Of a DNA stretch of 64,000 nt, positions 59,541-64,000 are shown in pieces. A model generated the notes under the pieces. That model was not told the DNA's origin, made no database searches, and saw nothing but the letters and a program-made list of their open reading frames with translations. Every line of letters starts with the position of its first letter. Position 1 is the stretch's first letter. Both the position numbers and the translations under genes were made by a program. The stretch comes from an uncultured Prolixibacteraceae bacterium (lineage in GTDB: Bacteria > Bacteroidota > Bacteroidia > Bacteroidales > FEN-979). The DNA lies in the NCBI GenBank assembly GCA_964616825.1, contig CAZTSX010000007.1, forward strand, positions 40,248 through 104,247, read 5' to 3'.

Positions 59541-62540
59541 TTATTTCTCCAGCTTCACAAGATGTTTAAAGAGGTCTTTGTTCTTTTCGATCTTTCCGGC
59601 ATTTCCATAAACGCAGTAGGCTTTCTGATTCAGCACATCCTGCATCATACTTGAATAGGCCGAAATATCTTCAGCAGAGGTTTCCAGAATCGCATCACGA
59701 TCTTTCTGCAGATCCATTTGAGATGTTTTGGTGAAGTAGTAGTTCACGGCTCGCTCCCCTTTCTGGGAAGGTGTAAGGGGTCTATCCAGTCCTGCAATGG
59801 TTCCGATAATGTACCGTGTCATTGCTGTCTCATCGGCTTCAAAACCATTGAGGTACTCTGGAATACCGGCATAGTTATCCAAAGTCCCTTCCAAATTCGG
59901 ATCCCGGTAGGAGTTAAAGGTCACTATTCCGTAGGGAGTAAAAATGCTGAAACCCCCATAGGCGCCACCCATCACCCGGATCCGTGTCTGCAGATAATCG
60001 GTTGAGAGGATCTGGTTCAATACCCGCAACTTGCCATCCCAGGGGTATCCGAGTGTTTTGAAATCGGCTCCTTCAATTACATACTGTACTTTGGAAGGAG
60101 TCAGAATCCCTTCATTTTTACTTGTTGGATCGAGCGCCCAGTCTTGCAATGTAACGGCTTCATCCGGAAGCGTGGCAACGAACGTGGTCAGCCCTTCGGT
60201 AAAAAGCTTCATCTGGTCATTCTGGCAGGTGGTGGTTGCGATCAGGTTTTGCTTGCTAAAAAGTATGGTAGCCACCTTGGCAAGCATTTCGCACAATTTC
60301 TCGGGATTCTCATCATACTTCTTAGCGATGTCGGAAACAAACCAGTAGTAATCGAGTCCTCCGGTCAGCTCACGGAACATGCCACGGTTAGAGACATACG
60401 ATGACTGGCGACGGGAAGCATATCGGTATCCGTTTCGCTTCACAGATCCATCAAGTTGGGCCTGATGCTTATCGATCACCGTTTTTAGTCTCTCCACATC
60501 GCAATAGAGCGTATTATTCAATACCTCTCCGGTTAGCTCAAACATCCTGGCTACTTTATCTCCCATGGCTTTGGATGTGACCTCAAATTTCGGGATCAAT
60601 TTACTGTCATCAGAATCTTCCAGGTAAGAGGGAAGGGAGACGTTGAACATCCCCGTATTGATATTGAGCGCTTTATTTAACTCGCCATAGGTGTAATTCT
60701 CTGTATTGAGTAAACTGAGAATATTTGAAAGCAGGGAGGCGTATGGGATCAGTTCCTGAGGTAATACGCGGAGATCGAACATGAGGTTCATATAGACCAC
60801 ATTGTTGGTAAACTGATCACAATGGAGTACCGGTACTCCTGCGACCTCTGTCTCTTGTATGGCAAACCACTCAGCCTTGGGGTTAATGTCATCGATATCA
60901 AGCAACGGAATGGTAGCCAGTGCTTCAGGTGTATCTTCGCGTTCCTGATATTCAATCAGTTCGTTGGTCTCAGCGACTAACTCTTCCATCTGCTCTTTTG
61001 TCAGAGAAGCCTGGTAAGCTTTCAACACCTCCTGTGTCTCCGCGATGTTTTCTTTTTCTAATCCCGGTTTTGGTTCCAATATAAGTTCCAGTGTATGAGG
61101 ATTATTCAGGAAATATTTTGTAATGACAGATTCAAGATAATTCCCGTCTATCCCCTTTTTCAAAGCTGCCAGTGGCTTTTCCCACTCAAGTGTCAGGAAT
61201 GGGTCATCGGCAAAGAACCAACCGGCGAGGGACTGGAATCCATAAATCAGCCCTTTCTGAGCATTATCGCCTTCACGCAACTGGAACTCAATCCGGTTCA
61301 ACACACCTTTAACCTCTTCTTTATCGACGCCTTCTTCAGCCACTTCTTTAAGGGTATTTGTGATCACCTCCAGGAATTTCTCGCTATCCTGAGAATTTGC
61401 ATTTTGCACAATAATCTGAACCACATTCTGGTTGTAGCTGGAAGATGATGCATAAACATCCTGACCGATCCCGGCTTCCTGGAGAGCCAGGCGAACGGGT
61501 GCCGATTCCTGGTTGACGAGTACATCACAAAGGATATCCAATCCCCATGAAAGTTCCTGGTCGGTATTGTGACCGGCAACGAAACTATAGGAGAGGAATG
61601 TCTGATTTTCGGTTTTGGATCCCTCCAACACTGGATAATAAGCCTTAGCTACTTTCATCAACTCAAACGGAGTCTGATCGGTGATAGTAACCGGATTGTC
61701 GCTCCGCTCATAGTTGGCCAGGTAAGCCGAATCGATAAACGCCAGCTCCTTCTCGAGGTCGGCATCGCCATACAACACAATGTAGCTGTTATCAGGATGA
61801 TAATAGCGTTTATGATAGTTTAGAAAAGCCTCTTTTGTGAGTGTGGGGACTGCAGAGGGATAACCTCCCGACTCAAATCCGTAAGGATTACCTGGAAAGA
61901 GATTTTTGTAGATCTCATAATTCAGCACGCGGTTCGGATTGGAGAATGATCCTTTCATCTCATTGTAAACAACACCTTTGTAAACAACAGGACTCTTTGC
62001 ATCTTCCAGTTCATAATGCCAACCTTCCTGTTTCAGAATCCGGGGATCGTCATAGATCAACGGATTAAAAACAGCATCGAGGTAGACGTGCATCAGGTTG
62101 AAATAGTCTTTGTCGTTCATGCTTGCTACGGGGTACATGGTCATATCTTTCCCGGTAAACGCATTGATAAACGTGTTCAGCGATCCTTTTTGAAGAACAT
62201 CAAAGGGACTCTTCACCGGAAAATTCTTTGATCCGTTCAGTACCGAATGCTCCATGATATGCGGTGTGCCTGCATCGGAGTCCGGGAAGGTTTTAAACGC
62301 GATGGCGAATGTTTTGTTCGGGTCGTCCGAGTCAATCTTCAGAAGGTGAGCGCCACTCTTTTCATGTTCGTAGAGGTAACATTCGGCATTCAACTCCGTG
62401 ACAAATCGTTTTTCAACTAGTTTAAATCCGTGCATGTCGTGCTTTTTACATCCTGTAAGGATGAGAGCTGACAAAATTACACAAACAAAAGCAGAAAAGG
62501 CCAGGCGCGGCCATTTCAGAGATCTGGTAGGTTTTTCCAT
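59541..62540 (-). CDS. M16-family (insulinase / PreP-like, M16C) zinc metallopeptidase lipoprotein
   Basis: Inverted zinc motif HIMEHSVLNGS (HxxEH) and lipobox LILTGCKK, about 1000 aa. I chose Met17 of the tracked ORF as the start. Confidence 0.8.
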   Translation of the reverse strand: MEKPTRSLKWPRLAFSAFVCVILSALILTGCKKHDMHGFKLVEKRFVTELNAECYLYEHEKSGAHLLKIDSDDPNKTFAIAFKTFPDSDAGTPHIMEHSVLNGSKNFPVKSPFDVLQKGSLNTFINAFTGKDMTMYPVASMNDKDYFNLMHVYLDAVFNPLIYDDPRILKQEGWHYELEDAKSPVVYKGVVYNEMKGSFSNPNRVLNYEIYKNLFPGNPYGFESGGYPSAVPTLTKEAFLNYHKRYYHPDNSYIVLYGDADLEKELAFIDSAYLANYERSDNPVTITDQTPFELMKVAKAYYPVLEGSKTENQTFLSYSFVAGHNTDQELSWGLDILCDVLVNQESAPVRLALQEAGIGQDVYASSSSYNQNVVQIIVQNANSQDSEKFLEVITNTLKEVAEEGVDKEEVKGVLNRIEFQLREGDNAQKGLIYGFQSLAGWFFADDPFLTLEWEKPLAALKKGIDGNYLESVITKYFLNNPHTLELILEPKPGLEKENIAETQEVLKAYQASLTKEQMEELVAETNELIEYQEREDTPEALATIPLLDIDDINPKAEWFAIQETEVAGVPVLHCDQFTNNVVYMNLMFDLRVLPQELIPYASLLSNILSLLNTENYTYGELNKALNINTGMFNVSLPSYLEDSDDSKLIPKFEVTSKAMGDKVARMFELTGEVLNNTLYCDVERLKTVIDKHQAQLDGSVKRNGYRYASRRQSSYVSNRGMFRELTGGLDYYWFVSDIAKKYDENPEKLCEMLAKVATILFSKQNLIATTTCQNDQMKLFTEGLTTFVATLPDEAVTLQDWALDPTSKNEGILTPSKVQYVIEGADFKTLGYPWDGKLRVLNQILSTDYLQTRIRVMGGAYGGFSIFTPYGIVTFNSYRDPNLEGTLDNYAGIPEYLNGFEADETAMTRYIIGTIAGLDRPLTPSQKGERAVNYYFTKTSQMDLQKDRDAILETSAEDISAYSSMMQDVLNQKAYCVYGNAGKIEKNKDLFKHLVKLEK

Positions 62541-62688
62541 AATGATGTGCTTATTTATTGATTTGGCGCTCAAAATACAAGGAATCATTGAGACCGGAAA
62601 GGAAAATCGATAATAACGGTGATTTTGTCGATTTTTGGTTTAAAACATAGGACATGGGTGGGAAGAGGTGAGCATTATTGTTTAATGA

Positions 62689-62720
62689 TTTGTAAATTTG
62701 AATTAATACGTGTATTTTTG
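62689..62720 (+). promoter_or_regulatory. candidate promoter: -33 TTTG (62689-62692) and -7 TATTTTTG (62713-62720) for rpmB
   Basis: Both elements are read directly. The -7 box lies 40 nt upstream of the ATG at 62761. Confidence 0.5.
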
Positions 62721-62760
62721 CACTCCATTTTGAAGAACCAATTATTTTAAGATTACAGCA

Positions 62761-63003
62761 ATGGCAAGGATTTGCGAAATTACGGGCAAGACATACATGA
62801 CTGGAAACAAGGTTTCTCACTCCCATAAGAAAACCAAGCGGGTATTCAAACCCAACTTCCAGATAAAAACGTTTTACATCCCGGAAGAGGATCGGTCCAT
62901 TACCATCAGGGTTTCAACAGAAGGGATTCGGAACATCAATAAAAAAGGGATCTCTGCTTGTCTAAAAGAGGCTCGCGAGAAAGGATTTCTGAAGAAAAAG
63001 TAA
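62761..63003 (+). CDS. rpmB: 50S ribosomal protein L28
   Basis: MARICEITGKTYMTGNKVSHSHKKTKRVFKPN is the typical bL28 N-terminus. Confidence 0.95.
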   Translation: MARICEITGKTYMTGNKVSHSHKKTKRVFKPNFQIKTFYIPEEDRSITIRVSTEGIRNINKKGISACLKEAREKGFLKKK

Positions 63004-63064
63004 GGGCATCCGGACCGGGTGCCCATACAATCCACAACGGATGTCCTTACATATATAACACCAC

Positions 63065-63094
63065 GCTGTTACACTGATGTAGCAGCATTTTTTT
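63065..63094 (+). terminator. rho-independent terminator after rpmB
   Basis: gctgttaca ctga tgtagcagc (one G-U pair) followed by attttttt. Confidence 0.7.
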
Positions 63095-63164
63095 ATCCTC
63101 GCCAGCAGAATAAATTCCTCCCGGATTCGTTGATAAACCATTGAATTCTCGTAATTTTACCTCC

Positions 63165-63818
63165 ATGAAAATGTGTTTGCCCCTTTCTCTCCTGCTAACA
63201 GTGTCACTGCTGAATTGCATCCCGGGACAGACGCAAAACAGTGATGAGGATCTGGTTCAGTTTACAGGGATCACGATTACGGCTGACAGCCTTTCTTCCG
63301 TTCCATTTACCAGAATCATGGTTAAAACCACCCGTGAAGGGACCACAAGTGATGTGATGGGTTACTTCTCATTCGTAGCCCATGTCGGAGATACGATCCT
63401 CTTCAACGCTTTGGGTTATAAGCCCACCTCTTTTATCATCCCCGATACGATCAAATTCAACCGTTACTCCCTCATCCATCTGATGACAGCCGATACGCTA
63501 ACCCTGGCAGCCGCGATTATCTTTCCCTGGCCGACCTACGAAGATTTCAAAGAGGCTTTTCTCAATATCCGGATACCCGACGATGAACTGGAGATTGCCC
63601 GGAAAAACCTGGCAGCAGCCAAAATCCAGATGATGGCCAAGGAATACTCAATGGACGGCCGGATGAACTATAATAACTACATCGAAAACCAAACAAGCAA
63701 ACTATACTATTTCGGTCAACAACAACCTTTTTCGATTTTCAATCCCTTTGCGTGGGCACAGTTCATCAAAGCCTGGAAAGAGGGAAAGTTCAAGAAAAGA
63801 GAGAACCGGGATGATTAA
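63165..63818 (+). CDS. CarboxypepD_reg-like domain protein, exported
   Basis: Signal peptide MKMCLPLSLLLTVSLLNC, then LVQFTGITITADSLSSVPFTRIMVKTTREGTTSDVMGYFSF. I prefer the ATG at 63165 over the tracked TTG at 63141. Confidence 0.6.
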   Translation: MKMCLPLSLLLTVSLLNCIPGQTQNSDEDLVQFTGITITADSLSSVPFTRIMVKTTREGTTSDVMGYFSFVAHVGDTILFNALGYKPTSFIIPDTIKFNRYSLIHLMTADTLTLAAAIIFPWPTYEDFKEAFLNIRIPDDELEIARKNLAAAKIQMMAKEYSMDGRMNYNNYIENQTSKLYYFGQQQPFSIFNPFAWAQFIKAWKEGKFKKRENRDD

Positions 63819-63827
63819 CTTTCTCAT

Positions 63828-64000
63828 ATGCTGAAACGGGCCCTGATCATTACCGGATTTATCTTCCTGGCTATCTGGAACTCCTTCTCCCAGACAGGGG
63901 TGGTGAAGGGATATGTGAGCAACGAGGAGCAAACGCCTGTTGAATACGTCAACCTGGCGGTGAAAGGAACCACCAAAGGGACTACCACCGACAAACAGGG
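63828..64000 (+). CDS. 5' part of an exported protein starting with a CarboxypepD_reg-like domain (possibly a TonB-dependent receptor); runs off the window
   Basis: My own translation from the ATG at 63828 gives MLKRALIITGFIFLAIWNSFSQTGVVKGYVSNEEQTPVEYVNLAVKGTTKGTTTDKQ. Confidence 0.5.
   Translation, partial: MLKRALIITGFIFLAIWNSFSQTGVVKGYVSNEEQTPVEYVNLAVKGTTKGTTTDKQ

Noticed and set aside
62551-62826. 91-aa minus-strand ORF overlapping the rpmB promoter and start
   Set aside because: It is antisense to a highly conserved ribosomal protein gene and its promoter, with no recognisable motifs.

Overview
This 64-kb segment looks like chromosome from an anaerobic member of the Bacteroidota. Supporting signs are T9SS C-terminal sorting domains, gldF/gldG, TAnnTTTG-type -7 boxes 10-45 nt upstream of many start codons, and almost no Shine-Dalgarno sequences. 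I support about 53 protein genes and saw no rRNA, tRNA or CRISPR array. All family calls come from reading motifs in the supplied translations or my own; no database search was possible.

Gene content, left to right:
- a PurF-like gene that runs off the window, then a secreted heparinase II/III-like T9SS cargo and a solitary REP/IS200-type Y1 transposase
- a roughly 10-kb minus-strand redox gene string: Cys-rich ribbon protein, NfnA, NfnB carrying the same ribbon module, NuoE-like, NuoF-like, a 1235-aa NuoG-like protein with an inserted GltD module, and a diiron ferritin-like protein
- a 1281-aa GAF-like/receiver/PEP-utilising sensor enzyme, then gdhA
- a polysaccharide locus (Wzy/ligase-like, GT2, GT4, GT2, methyltransferase, Wzx), then DUF4340-gldG-gldF
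- a SAM hydrolase, phoH, a four-helix-bundle gene, purC, a DegT aminotransferase, an unknown Cys-motif gene and a PglC-like sugar transferase
- a SirB1-like gene, an SPFH gene, saccharopine dehydrogenase and cinA
- an RND metal-efflux operon, a T9SS hydrolase-like gene, higBA, transglutaminase-like and peptidase genes, and rpmB

Most unusual observations:
1. The redox string pairs a classical NfnAB with a Bfu-type NuoEFG-like trio. It also carries three copies of an uncharacterised 8-Cys/1-His module.
2. Degenerate 7-8-nt tandem arrays fill many intergenic spacers. One sits in frame inside cinA, and others bracket single small genes.
3. A conserved ~35-nt motif occurs five times. Four copies lie just upstream of unrelated small accessory genes, in a fixed orientation.
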